NCBI GenBank assembly: GCA_963762145.1
Contig: CAVXJS010000021.1
Span: forward strand, 960,001-1,024,000
DNA: 64,000 bases
Origin: an uncultured Candidatus Rokubacteria bacterium
GTDB taxonomy: Bacteria > Methylomirabilota > Methylomirabilia > Rokubacteriales > CSP1-6
Direction of reading: 5' to 3'
Below the pieces are notes generated by a model, which was not told the DNA's origin, ran no database searches, and worked only from the letters and a program-made list of their open reading frames with translations. A program made the translations under genes and the position numbers. Positions within the stretch are counted from its first letter, which is position 1; each line of letters opens with the position of its first letter. Below, in pieces: positions 51,979-61,286 of this stretch.

Positions 51979-52661
51979 CAGCCGAGCAGCCGCACCAGCT
52001 CGTCCGGCTGGCTCAGCATCGGGTAGTGCCCGGTGTCCATCTCCGCGTAGCTCCCTTTCAGCCGCTCGGCCGTCCGGCGCTGGTGCGGCTCGGGCGGGTT
52101 CTTGGCGCGCCGGCAGCGGATCACCGACACCGGCCACTTGCGCTCCCAGAAATCGGCCAGCTCCATCGGTGCCTCGAGCGCCGCGATCGGATGCGGCGTG
52201 TAGCGCGCGAGCGCCCACGCGCGGGTGGCGGGATCCAGGTCCGAGAACATGCGGCTCTCCGCGTCGGCGCGCGTCGGCGCGATCGTCACCGCGGTCACGT
52301 CGCCCGGGGGGCGGCTGACGATGTCGCCCACCTTCTCGCCCGGCAGCAGCGCGAGGGCGTCCACGAAGACCAGGCGCGCGATGCGGTCGGCGGCCAGCTC
52401 GGCCACCCGGCAGATGACCATGCCGCCCGAGCTCGTGCCGACCAGCACGATCTTGTAGAGGTCTTCATAGTGGAGCAGACCGGCAACTTCCCGGGCGTGG
52501 CTCCCAACGGTGATGCCGGGGCGGATCTGATCGGCGCGCTCGGCGCACCCGTCGAGCGTCGGCGCGTAGACCGCGTGGCCGGCCGCGCGCAGGCGCTGGG
52601 CCACCGGCTTCCAGATCCAGCCGCCCTGGTAGGCTCCGTGAACCAGCACGTAGGTCGCCAT
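51978..52661 (-). CDS. Alpha/beta hydrolase (esterase-like)
   Basis: YVLVHGAYQGGWIW, VGTSSGG, DTGHYPM. Confidence 0.85.
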   Translation of the reverse strand: MATYVLVHGAYQGGWIWKPVAQRLRAAGHAVYAPTLDGCAERADQIRPGITVGSHAREVAGLLHYEDLYKIVLVGTSSGGMVICRVAELAADRIARLVFVDALALLPGEKVGDIVSRPPGDVTAVTIAPTRADAESRMFSDLDPATRAWALARYTPHPIAALEAPMELADFWERKWPVSVIRCRRAKNPPEPHQRRTAERLKGSYAEMDTGHYPMLSQPDELVRLLG

Positions 52662-52665
52662 CGCG

Positions 52666-53562
52666 CTATCCCTTCCCGCCGACCGTCACGCCGGCGAGCC
52701 GCTCGTAGATCTTCACCACCGCGGAGCCGTCCTCCTTGTTGAGGCCGGCCGCCCGCGCCATCTGGTAGACCTGCTGGGTCACGTTGGCCAGCAGCACCGG
52801 CACGCCGAGCTGCTTGGCGAAGGCGGTCTCCAGCTCCTGGTCCTTGAACGAGATGTCCACGGTGCCGCCCGGCGAGAAATCGCGCTTGAGGATCCGCGGC
52901 GTGCGCATCTCGAACGCGAAGCTGTTGCCGGTGCTCACCCGGACCACCTCGTACATCGCCTGCGGGTCGAGCCCCGCCTTCACTCCGAGCACGAGGGCCT
53001 CCGCGACCGCGACCGTGTTGACCTGGATCAGCATGTTGTTCACGAGCTTCATGGCGAGCCCCTGCCCGAGCCCGCCCATGTGGAACACGTTCTTGCCCAT
53101 CGCGCCGAACAGGTCCTGGCAGGCGGCCACCGTCTTCGCGTCGCCGCCCACGATGATGGAGAGCTCCCCCGAGGCGGCCCGCTCCGTGCCGCCGCTCACC
53201 GGCGCGTCCACCATCGCGATGCCGCGCGTGGCGAGCTGCTCGGCGAGCCGGCGCGCCACGAACGGGTCGATCGTGCTCATGCAGGCCACGATGTGCCCGG
53301 CCCGGGCCAGGTGGATGATGCCGCGCTCGCCCGCGAGCACCGCCTCGGCCTGCGCGGTGGTCTCCACCATGCAGATCGTCCGATCGGCCTTGGCCGCCAC
53401 CTCCGCGGGCGACGGCGCCAGGGTGGCGCCGCGCGCGCGCCACCGCTCGGCCTTCACGGGATCGATGTCGTGGACCACGAGGGAGAAGCCGCGCTTGATG
53501 AGGTTGAGCGCCATCGGATCGCCCATGGCCCCGAGACCGATGAATCCGACTGTGCCGGGCAT
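52666..53562 (-). CDS. 2-Hydroxy-3-oxopropionate reductase/3-hydroxyisobutyrate dehydrogenase family
   Basis: GFIGLGAMG, DAPVSGG, KLVNN, FKD. Confidence 0.88.
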   Translation of the reverse strand: MPGTVGFIGLGAMGDPMALNLIKRGFSLVVHDIDPVKAERWRARGATLAPSPAEVAAKADRTICMVETTAQAEAVLAGERGIIHLARAGHIVACMSTIDPFVARRLAEQLATRGIAMVDAPVSGGTERAASGELSIIVGGDAKTVAACQDLFGAMGKNVFHMGGLGQGLAMKLVNNMLIQVNTVAVAEALVLGVKAGLDPQAMYEVVRVSTGNSFAFEMRTPRILKRDFSPGGTVDISFKDQELETAFAKQLGVPVLLANVTQQVYQMARAAGLNKEDGSAVVKIYERLAGVTVGGKG

Positions 53563-53630
53563 TGTGCGGGCACCTCCTTGGGAAAGCGGATCGTGCGTCA
53601 CCGGGGACTATACCCCGGACCGCACGCCGA

Positions 53631-54398
53631 CTAAACCCAGCCGCCGTCCACCACGTAGCTCTGGTTGGTGCAGGCCCCGCTGTCGTCGGCGGCCAGGAAC
53701 AGCACGACGCGCGCGACGTCCTCGGGCAGGAGCTTGCGCTTGAGACACTGCCGGCGCAGTAATTCCTCCTCGCCCTCGGGCGTGAGCCAGAGCGCGATCT
53801 GCCGCTCGGTCATGATCCAGCCGGGCACGACGGAGTTGACCCGGATGTTCCGGGGCCCGAGGTCGCGGGCGAGCGCCCGGGTCAGCCCGACCACCGCCGA
53901 CTTGGCGCTGAGGTAGGCCGGCATCCCGCCCTGCGCCACCATCCACGACGTCGAGCCGAGGTTGACGATCGAGCCGCCCCCCGCCTCCGCCATCGCGGGC
54001 ACCACCGCCTGGGCCGAGAAGAACTGGTGACGCAGGTTCACCGCGAAGCGGTCGTCCCAGTACTCGGGCGTCACCGCCTCGATCGTGTGCCGCTCGTCGT
54101 GCGCCGCGTTGTTGACCAGGACGCGGATCGGCCCGAGTCGCGCCTGCGCGTCCGCCACCGCCGCGCGGAGCGCCACGACGTCGCGCAGATCGCACGGGAT
54201 GAATGCCGGCGCGGGGAGGCCGCGCGCGGTGAGCGTCTCGACGAGCGCCGCCGACGCTTCGCGCTGGATGTCCACGAACGCCACCCGGGCCCGCTGGGCG
54301 CAGAAGTGCTCGACGATGGCGGCGCCGATGCCGCTGCCGCCGCCGGTCACGAACACCACGCGATCCTCGAGGCTCGGATACGTCGCGGGCCGCATCAT
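53631..54398 (-). CDS. SDR, D-xylose dehydrogenase (Caulobacter XylB)-like
   Basis: ATYPSL, TGGGSGIG, NNAAHDERH, YWDDRFAVNLRH, LTPEGE..QCLK, VDGGW. Confidence 0.82.
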   Translation of the reverse strand: MMRPATYPSLEDRVVFVTGGGSGIGAAIVEHFCAQRARVAFVDIQREASAALVETLTARGLPAPAFIPCDLRDVVALRAAVADAQARLGPIRVLVNNAAHDERHTIEAVTPEYWDDRFAVNLRHQFFSAQAVVPAMAEAGGGSIVNLGSTSWMVAQGGMPAYLSAKSAVVGLTRALARDLGPRNIRVNSVVPGWIMTERQIALWLTPEGEEELLRRQCLKRKLLPEDVARVVLFLAADDSGACTNQSYVVDGGWV

Positions 54399-54451
54399 GG
54401 CGCCCAACCTAGCACAGGTGGCCGCCCGTGCTAGGCTCCGGCGCGGGAGCC

Positions 54452-55318
54452 ATGGACCCGATCACCCTGCGCGCAGGAGACGCCGCCGTCGAGCTGGTGC
54501 CGGAGGCCGGCGGGGCGGTCACCCGCTACTGGCTCGCGCGCGGGTCGGTGACGCGCGACTGGCTGCGCCCGACTCCGGTCGGCGTGCGGCGCGGGGGCGC
54601 GGCGGCCCGGGCCGCCGCCTTTCCGCTCGTGCCCTATTCCAATCGGATCCGCGCCGGCCGCTTCTCGTTCCGCGGCCGCGCGGTCGTCGAGCCGCTCAAC
54701 TGGCCGCCGGAGCGGCACGCGATTCACGGTCACGGCTGGCAGGCCCGCTGGCAGCCCATCGACGTGGGGGCCGCGGAAGCGCGCCTCGAATACCGGCACC
54801 CGGCCGGAGCCTGGCCGTGGGCCTATCGGGCCACCCAGCACTTCACGCTCACGCCGTCGAGCCTGACCATCGCGCTGAGCCTCTCGAACGAGAGCGACGC
54901 TCCCATGCCCGCCGGCGTCGGCTGGCACCCCTACTTTCCCCGCACCGCGCGCGCGACGATCAGCGCGGACGTGCGCGGCATGTGGCGCACGGACCGGGAG
55001 AAGCTGCCGACCGAGCTGGTCGCCCCGCCCGCGGCGCCCTTCGCGCGCGGGAGGGACAACTGCTTCGTGGGCTGGGGCCGGCGCGCGACGATCCACTGGC
55101 CCGAGCTGGACGCGGGGCTCGTGATGCAGGCGCAGCCGCCGCTCGACTACCTCGTGGTCTTCACGCCCGCGCGCCGCCCATTCTTCTGCGTCGAGCCGGT
55201 CAGCCACGTGACCGACGCGTTCAACCTCGCGGACGCGGGGCGGGACGGCACCGGGATCCTCGTGCTGGAGCCGGGCGAGACGCTACGGACGGCGGTCGTC
55301 CTGACCCCGGAGCTCTGA
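54452..55318 (+). CDS. Aldose 1-epimerase family protein
   Basis: FPLVPYSNRI, HAIHGHGW, GWHPYF, FFCVEPVSH. Confidence 0.88.
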   Translation: MDPITLRAGDAAVELVPEAGGAVTRYWLARGSVTRDWLRPTPVGVRRGGAAARAAAFPLVPYSNRIRAGRFSFRGRAVVEPLNWPPERHAIHGHGWQARWQPIDVGAAEARLEYRHPAGAWPWAYRATQHFTLTPSSLTIALSLSNESDAPMPAGVGWHPYFPRTARATISADVRGMWRTDREKLPTELVAPPAAPFARGRDNCFVGWGRRATIHWPELDAGLVMQAQPPLDYLVVFTPARRPFFCVEPVSHVTDAFNLADAGRDGTGILVLEPGETLRTAVVLTPEL

Positions 55319-55510
55319 CCCGGGCGCCTTCGGCATGATGAGCCAGAGGATGAGGTAGGCGAGGATTCCCGGAAACGCGACCGACACGCACGAGACCACC
55401 ACGTACAGGATGCGGACCAGGGTCGGATCCCAGCCGAGCCACTCCGCGATGCCGCCGCAGACGCCGGCGATCATCTTGTGCTCGCGCGAGCGCTGAAGGG
55501 GCACGGCCAT
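55283..55510 (-). CDS. PspC domain protein
   Basis: LQRSREHKMIAGVCGGIAEWLGWDPTLVR..YLILWLIMP. Confidence 0.88.
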   Translation of the reverse strand: MAVPLQRSREHKMIAGVCGGIAEWLGWDPTLVRILYVVVSCVSVAFPGILAYLILWLIMPKAPGSELRGQDDRRP

Positions 55511-55561
55511 GCCGCTAGCGGGTGATCTCGTGCGGCCCGAGCAGCCGGGCGACCATCCGGG

Positions 55562-55891
55562 CTAGCTGCCTCCGGTCCGGTGCTCCCCGTCGTCTCCCGA
55601 GGCCACGAGATGCGCCCGGCGCTCCGGAGAGAGCTGCGGGTGCCGCCGCTCCAGGAGCGCGGCGAGCCGGCCGAGGACCGTCTGGAGCTCGTCGCGCTCG
55701 GCCCGCAGTCGCTCCACCTCCGCCTCCAGCTGGACGAGCTGACGCTCGGACCCCGGGTCGGCGGTGAGGCCGGGCAGGCCGAGCCCCTCGTCCGGCGGCA
55801 CGCGGCGGGTCGAGAACACCACGCCCAGGACGCCCGCCAGGAACAGCGCGATGGCCAGCCCGAACAGCCAGACCCCCGGATCGTAGAGCAT
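55562..55891 (-). CDS. Hypothetical membrane-anchored coiled-coil protein
   Basis: N-terminal TM helix, then LEAEVERLRAERDELQ. Confidence 0.6.
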   Translation of the reverse strand: MLYDPGVWLFGLAIALFLAGVLGVVFSTRRVPPDEGLGLPGLTADPGSERQLVQLEAEVERLRAERDELQTVLGRLAALLERRHPQLSPERRAHLVASGDDGEHRTGGS

Positions 55892-56025
55892 GACGGTCAG
55901 TGTACGGATTCTGTGCGGGAGGTCAAAGAACTCCGGGAGGCTTGACCCCACGCCCGCCTTGGGCGCAGGATCGGGCCCAGCCGCCGCGAACGCTGTCGAG
56001 CGCGAACCCCATCGAGGAGGACCGA

Positions 56026-57237
56026 GTGATACGCCGACTCAAGATCGCGTTGGTTGCACTCGCCGTCGTCGTGCTCCTGACCCCGACCGTCGGCGGCGCC
56101 CAGGAAGGGGTGGTCAAGATCGGGGTGCTGGACGACATGTCCGGCCCCTACGCGGACAATACCGGGCCGGGCGACCTCCTGGCGGTGCGGATGGCGGTGG
56201 CGGATTTCGGCGGCGCCGTGCTCGGCAAGCCGATCGAGGTGATCTCGGCCGACATGCAGAACAAGGTCGACGTCGGGGTCGGGATCGCGCGGCGGTGGTA
56301 CGAGCAGGACCAGGTGGACCTGATCGTCGGCATCCCGCACTCCGCGATCGCCCTCGGGGTGGTGAAGCTGGCCGAGCAGACGAACCGGCTGGTGATGCCC
56401 ACCGGCGCCGCGACCGCCGAGCTGACCGGGAAGGCGTGCTCGGCCCACAGCGTGCACTGGGTCTACGACACCTACGGGCAGGGCAAGACCCTCGCCAACG
56501 CGATCGTGAAGCAGGGCGGGGATACCTGGTTCTTCATCACGGTGGACTACGCCTTCGGCCACGCGCTCGAGCAGAACGCGACCGAGTTCGTGAAGGCGGC
56601 GGGCGGCAAGGTGCTGGGCTCCGCCCGGCATCCGCTGAACAACGCGGACTTCTCCTCCTATCTGCTCCAGGCGCAGAGCTCGAAGGCGAAGGTGGTGGTG
56701 ATGGCGAACGGTGGCGCCGACATCACCAACGCCATCAAGCAGGCCAACGAGTTCGGGCTCGAGCGGAGCGGGCAGAAAGTGGCCGCGCTCCTGATCCAGT
56801 ATCCGGAGGTGCGCGCCATCGGCCTGCGCACCGCGCAGGGACTGCTGATGGCCAGCTCGTTCTACTGGGACATGACGCCGGAGGCGCGCGCCTTCAGCGA
56901 CCGCTTCGCCGCCGCGAGGGGCATGCCGCCCACCATGATCCAGGCCGGGACCTACGGCGCCACCCTGCACTACCTCCGGGCGGTGAAGGCGGCCGGCACC
57001 GACGAGGCCAAGGCGGTCATGGCGAAGATGAAGGAGCTGCCGATCAACGACTTCATGACGAAGAACGGACGCATCCGGGAAGACGGCCGGGTGATCCGCG
57101 ACATGTACCTCATGCAGGTGAAGACGCCGGAGGAGTCGAAGGGCGAGTGGGATCTCGCCAAGATCGTGGGCACGATTCCCGGCGAGCAGGCCTTCCGCCC
57201 GCTCGCCGAGGGTGGCTGCCCGCTCGTGAAGAAGTAG
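56026..57237 (+). CDS. Branched-chain amino acid-type ABC substrate-binding protein
   Basis: SD GAGGAGG; VKIGVLDDMSGPY, TWFFITVDYAFG, DFSSYLLQAQSS, GRIREDGR. Confidence 0.9.
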   Translation: MIRRLKIALVALAVVVLLTPTVGGAQEGVVKIGVLDDMSGPYADNTGPGDLLAVRMAVADFGGAVLGKPIEVISADMQNKVDVGVGIARRWYEQDQVDLIVGIPHSAIALGVVKLAEQTNRLVMPTGAATAELTGKACSAHSVHWVYDTYGQGKTLANAIVKQGGDTWFFITVDYAFGHALEQNATEFVKAAGGKVLGSARHPLNNADFSSYLLQAQSSKAKVVVMANGGADITNAIKQANEFGLERSGQKVAALLIQYPEVRAIGLRTAQGLLMASSFYWDMTPEARAFSDRFAAARGMPPTMIQAGTYGATLHYLRAVKAAGTDEAKAVMAKMKELPINDFMTKNGRIREDGRVIRDMYLMQVKTPEESKGEWDLAKIVGTIPGEQAFRPLAEGGCPLVKK

Positions 57238-57259
57238 GGCGGTGGACCCCATCGACCCC

Positions 57260-58063
57260 ATGCGATTCGACGGCAAAGTCGTGCTCATCTCGGGCGCCGG
57301 ATCGGGCATCGGCCGGGCCACCGCGCTCGGCTTCGGCGAGCGGGGCGCGCGGGTGGCGGTGGCCGACATCGACGAGGCCAGGGCTCTGGCGGTGACCGCC
57401 GAGATCGTGAAGGCGGGCGGCCACGCGACCGCCATCGTGGCGGACGCGGGCAGCCCGGCCGGGATCGAGGCGATGATCGCGGGCACCGTGAAGGCCTTCG
57501 GCGGCCTCGACGTCCTCCACAACAACGCCTTCGGCCAGCCCGCGCTGCCCGCGGGACGGAGCCGGCTCGCGTTCACCGCCGACATCGACGAGGCGGTGTG
57601 GACCCACACCATCGAGCTCGGCCTCACCGGGGTCTTCCGGGCGATGAAGCGGGCCATCCCGGAGCTGCTCGCGCGGGGCGGCGGCGTCATCGTCAACACC
57701 GCGTCCATCTCCGGCCTCTTCGCCGACTTCGCGATCGGGGCCTACAACACGGCCAAGGCGGGCGTGATCAACCTCACGCGGGTGGCCGCGATCGAGTACG
57801 CGGCGCGCGGGATCCGGGTCAACTGCGTCTGCCCCGGAGCGATCGACACGCCCCTGCTGCGCCCTTCGCTCGGCCTGCGCGGCTTCGGGGAGGCCACCAC
57901 CGCCATGATCCCGATGCGAAGGCTCGGACGGCCCGAGGAGATCGCGGCGTGCGTGATGTTCCTCGCCTCCGACCTGGCGTCCTACGTCACCGGTGCGGCG
58001 CTGGTCGCCGACGGCGGGCTCACCGTGCAGACCGGGATGCCCTCGCGGATCCCGCTGCCGTGA
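57260..58063 (+). CDS. SDR family oxidoreductase
   Basis: SGAGSGIG, NNA, YNTAK, RVNCVCPG. Confidence 0.88.
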   Translation: MRFDGKVVLISGAGSGIGRATALGFGERGARVAVADIDEARALAVTAEIVKAGGHATAIVADAGSPAGIEAMIAGTVKAFGGLDVLHNNAFGQPALPAGRSRLAFTADIDEAVWTHTIELGLTGVFRAMKRAIPELLARGGGVIVNTASISGLFADFAIGAYNTAKAGVINLTRVAAIEYAARGIRVNCVCPGAIDTPLLRPSLGLRGFGEATTAMIPMRRLGRPEEIAACVMFLASDLASYVTGAALVADGGLTVQTGMPSRIPLP

Positions 58064-58097
58064 CGCGCGGGGGCGGGGGACGCGGAGGGCGGGCGAC

Positions 58098-59216
58098 GTG
58101 ATCATCGGCGTGCCGCGCGAGATCAAGTCCGGCGAGCAGCGCGTCGCGCTGACCCCGCCCGGCGCCCGCGCCCTCGTCGAGGGCAATCACCGCGTGATCG
58201 TCGAGCGGGGCGCCGGCCTCGGCAGCAGCATCCGCGACGAGGAGTACACGCGCGAGGGCGCGAGCCTCGGGTCGGTCGAGGAGGTCTGGCGCGAGGCCGA
58301 GCTGATCCTCAAGGTGAAGGAGCCGGTGCCGGAGGAGTACGGCCGGATACGGACCGGCCAGATCCTCTTCACCTATCTCCATCTCGCGCCCGCCCCGGAG
58401 CTGGCGCGCGCGCTCCAGGCCTCGGGGGTCATCGCGATCGCCTACGAGACGGTGCAGCGCGCCGACGGCACGCTGCCCCTGCTCGCGCCGATGAGCGAGG
58501 TCGCCGGGCGCCTCTCGGTGCAGGAGGGCGCGTTCTTCCTCACCAAGGCGCGCGGCGGCCGCGGCATCCTGCTCGCCGGCGTGCCCGGCGTGCCGCCCGG
58601 CAACATCGTGGTGCTGGGCGCGGGCACCGTCGGCGTCAACGCCGCGCGCATGGCGCTGGGCCTGGGCGCCGACGTCTCGATCCTCGACATCAATCTCGAT
58701 CGCCTGCGCGCGGTGGACGATCTCTTCCACGGCCGCGTCATCACGCTGGTGTCCAACAGCTTCAACATCAGCCAGGTGCTGCGCCGGGCCGACCTGCTGG
58801 TCGGCGCGGTGCTCGTCACCGGCGCCCTGGCCCCGGTGCTGGTCACCAAGGAGATGGTGGCCTCCATGAAGGAGGGCTCGGTGATCGTGGACGTGGCGGT
58901 CGACCAGGGCGGGACCGTCGAGACGATCCACCCGACCACGCTCAGCGACCCGACCTATCTCGTCAACGGCGTCGTCCACTACGGCGTCGCCAACATGCCG
59001 GCGCTGGTGCCCCGCACGTCCACCTTCGCGCTGACCAACGCCACGCTGCCCTACGTGCTCGAGCTGGCCGGCAAGGGCCTGGCCGCGGCGGTGCGGGACA
59101 ATGCGGCGCTCGCGAAGGGCGTCAACATCTGGCGCGGGCGCGTCGTGCACCCGGCGGTGGCGGAAGCGCTCGGAGAGCCGGCCACCCCGCTCCAGACACT
59201 CGTCGAGAGGAGCTGA
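58098..59216 (+). CDS. ald: Alanine dehydrogenase
   Basis: IGVPREIK..EQRVALTP, KVKEP, FTYLHLA, PMSEVAGR, DVAVDQGG, VANMP..TSTFALTNAT. Confidence 0.93.
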   Translation: MIIGVPREIKSGEQRVALTPPGARALVEGNHRVIVERGAGLGSSIRDEEYTREGASLGSVEEVWREAELILKVKEPVPEEYGRIRTGQILFTYLHLAPAPELARALQASGVIAIAYETVQRADGTLPLLAPMSEVAGRLSVQEGAFFLTKARGGRGILLAGVPGVPPGNIVVLGAGTVGVNAARMALGLGADVSILDINLDRLRAVDDLFHGRVITLVSNSFNISQVLRRADLLVGAVLVTGALAPVLVTKEMVASMKEGSVIVDVAVDQGGTVETIHPTTLSDPTYLVNGVVHYGVANMPALVPRTSTFALTNATLPYVLELAGKGLAAAVRDNAALAKGVNIWRGRVVHPAVAEALGEPATPLQTLVERS

Positions 59217-59218
59217 CC

Positions 59219-60049
59219 ATGAGCCAGCCGACCCTGACCGTCGAGAAGCTCACGCCCCACATCGGCGCCGAGGTGCTCGGCGTGGACCTGGCGCGACCGC
59301 TCGACGAGTCGACGTTCAAGCAGGTCCACGACGCCCTCATCGAGAACCAGGTGATCTTCTTCCGCGACCAGCACCTGACGCCCGACCAGCACAAGGCGTT
59401 CGGGCGCCTCTTCGGCGAGCTGGCCGTGCATCCCGCCGCCCCCGGATTGGTCTCGGGCCATCCCGAGATCCTCGTGATCCACGCGGACGAGAATTCCAAG
59501 CACGTGGCGGGCGAGAACTGGCACTCCGACGTCTCCTGCGACCCCGAGCCGCCGATGGGCAGCATCCTCTATATGCACGAGCTGCCCCCCGTCGGGGGCG
59601 ACACCCTCTTCGCCAGCATGTACGCGGCCTACGAGGCCCTCTCCGAGCCGATGAAGCGACTGCTCGAGGGCATGACCGCGATCCACCGCGGCGAGCACGT
59701 CTACCGTGGCCGCTACGGCGTGAAGGACGAGGGCAAGAGCTTCCCGGAGGCGGAGCACCCGGTGATCCGCACCCACCCGGTCTCCGGCCGCCGGGCGCTC
59801 TTCGTCAACCGGACCTTCACCACGCGCATTCCGCAGCTCAGCCGCACCGAGAGCGCGGGCGTGCTGCGCATGCTCTACGAGCACCTCGAGACGCCGGAGT
59901 TCCAGTGCCGCTTCCGGTGGCGCGTCGACTCGGTGGCGTTCTGGGACAACCGCGCCGTCCAGCACCACGCGATGTGGGACTACTTCCCACAGCGCCGCCA
60001 CGGCCACCGCGTGACCGTGAAGGGGGACCGGCCGTTCTACCGGGCCTAG
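59219..60049 (+). CDS. TauD/TfdA family alpha-ketoglutarate dioxygenase
   Basis: WHSDV, GGDTLF, EHPVIRTHP, WDNRAVQH. Confidence 0.9.
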   Translation: MSQPTLTVEKLTPHIGAEVLGVDLARPLDESTFKQVHDALIENQVIFFRDQHLTPDQHKAFGRLFGELAVHPAAPGLVSGHPEILVIHADENSKHVAGENWHSDVSCDPEPPMGSILYMHELPPVGGDTLFASMYAAYEALSEPMKRLLEGMTAIHRGEHVYRGRYGVKDEGKSFPEAEHPVIRTHPVSGRRALFVNRTFTTRIPQLSRTESAGVLRMLYEHLETPEFQCRFRWRVDSVAFWDNRAVQHHAMWDYFPQRRHGHRVTVKGDRPFYRA

Positions 60050-60072
60050 CGTCGTCCGTGGCGAATCGGCGG

Positions 60073-60540
60073 TCAGGGAATCGTGACTCGGCCGGAAGTC
60101 GAGACGGAGACGGTAAGCGTCGAGCCCGAGGTAGTGTTCATCACCGTGTAGGTCGCTTCCGGGATCGAGCGTCCCAGATAATCGAAGACGGGGCTCGCCG
60201 AGGCGCTCACGGTGAAACCAGGTTGCAGCGCGATGTTGCCGGCCGCGTCGGTGATGGAGCCGAGCCAGGGAGTGCCCATACACCCGGTGTCCAGATGAAA
60301 GGATATCTGGGTCGGCGCCGGCACCTGAACGCAGACGAAGGTTCTCTGATCAATTGCGAGCTGGCGGGCTTGGGTCAGAAGGGTCCGGATGTGCTGCGCC
60401 CCGGTCGTGTTCTGGGCATTGTGATAGTAGGAGAGAGCCATCGGGACGGTGACCGAAATCAGGACCCCGGTGATGCCGAGGACCACGAGAAACTCGCTCA
60501 AGCCGAAGCCCGCCCGACTGGCCTTTACCGAGTCAGGCAC
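60073..60540 (-). CDS. FimT/GspH-like minor pilin
   Basis: RAG|FGLSEFLVVLGI prepilin motif; paralog of the 63609-64000 gene. Confidence 0.75.
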   Translation of the reverse strand: MPDSVKASRAGFGLSEFLVVLGITGVLISVTVPMALSYYHNAQNTTGAQHIRTLLTQARQLAIDQRTFVCVQVPAPTQISFHLDTGCMGTPWLGSITDAAGNIALQPGFTVSASASPVFDYLGRSIPEATYTVMNTTSGSTLTVSVSTSGRVTIP

Positions 60541-60556
60541 GGATCGAGCGCGGCCG

Positions 60557-61285
60557 TTACTGCTGAGCCTGCCCGTGCCGCTCCGGGAAGTCGTCCTGCA
60601 TGGCGAGGCTGTTGGCCGGCGTGAGCTCCAGAGCCTTTGTCTCGCTCGGCTTGAACTCGACCCGGAGACGCCAGATGGGCTGGCCGGCCACGCGGTCGAT
60701 GAGCTTGTACGAACCCGGTGCGACATTCGGGAACTTGAAGTTCCCTTCCCCGTCGGTCCTCAGGTGATAGCGCTCCTTCTCAGTGGAGCCCTCCGGAACC
60801 AGAAAGAGCTGCAAGCGAGCCATGGGCTTGGGTGCCTGCCCCGCTTCGGCGAAGATGGCTCGGCCTTCGAGGCTGGCATTGCCGGGCTGCCGCTCCTCGC
60901 CGGAGCGGCTCGGCGCGGCCGTGTGGAGACTCGTGGTCGGCAGCGCGCCGGCCCTGGTGAGCCATTGCCGGGCCGCCGCGAACTCGGGAGCGGTCTGGGG
61001 TCCATACTGCACCACCCATCTGAATTCGCGAACCGCGTCGTCCCGTCGATCGAGGTGTGAGCTGGCCACGCCGAGCCCGTAGTGGAGGCTCACCTTGTCC
61101 GGGGCATCGGCGAGCGCCTGCCGGTACAGCTCGCGGGCATCCGTGTAGCGACCTCCCGCCAGCGCCCCGGCGGCCTTCGCCGCGGGATCCTCGGGCGCGG
61201 CCGATCGCACCGGCTGCGACGGAGATTGACATCCGGCCAGGAGCACGAGGAGACCGATCAACCAGTGTGCCTTGGGAGCCACCAT
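60557..61285 (-). CDS. Lipoprotein with TPR and carboxypeptidase-regulatory/Ig-like domain
   Basis: LLAGC lipobox; TPR-like ARELYRQAL..LHYGLG; TDGEGNFKFPNVAPGSYKL. Confidence 0.75.
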   Translation of the reverse strand: MVAPKAHWLIGLLVLLAGCQSPSQPVRSAAPEDPAAKAAGALAGGRYTDARELYRQALADAPDKVSLHYGLGVASSHLDRRDDAVREFRWVVQYGPQTAPEFAAARQWLTRAGALPTTSLHTAAPSRSGEERQPGNASLEGRAIFAEAGQAPKPMARLQLFLVPEGSTEKERYHLRTDGEGNFKFPNVAPGSYKLIDRVAGQPIWRLRVEFKPSETKALELTPANSLAMQDDFPERHGQAQQ

Positions 61286-61286
61286 G

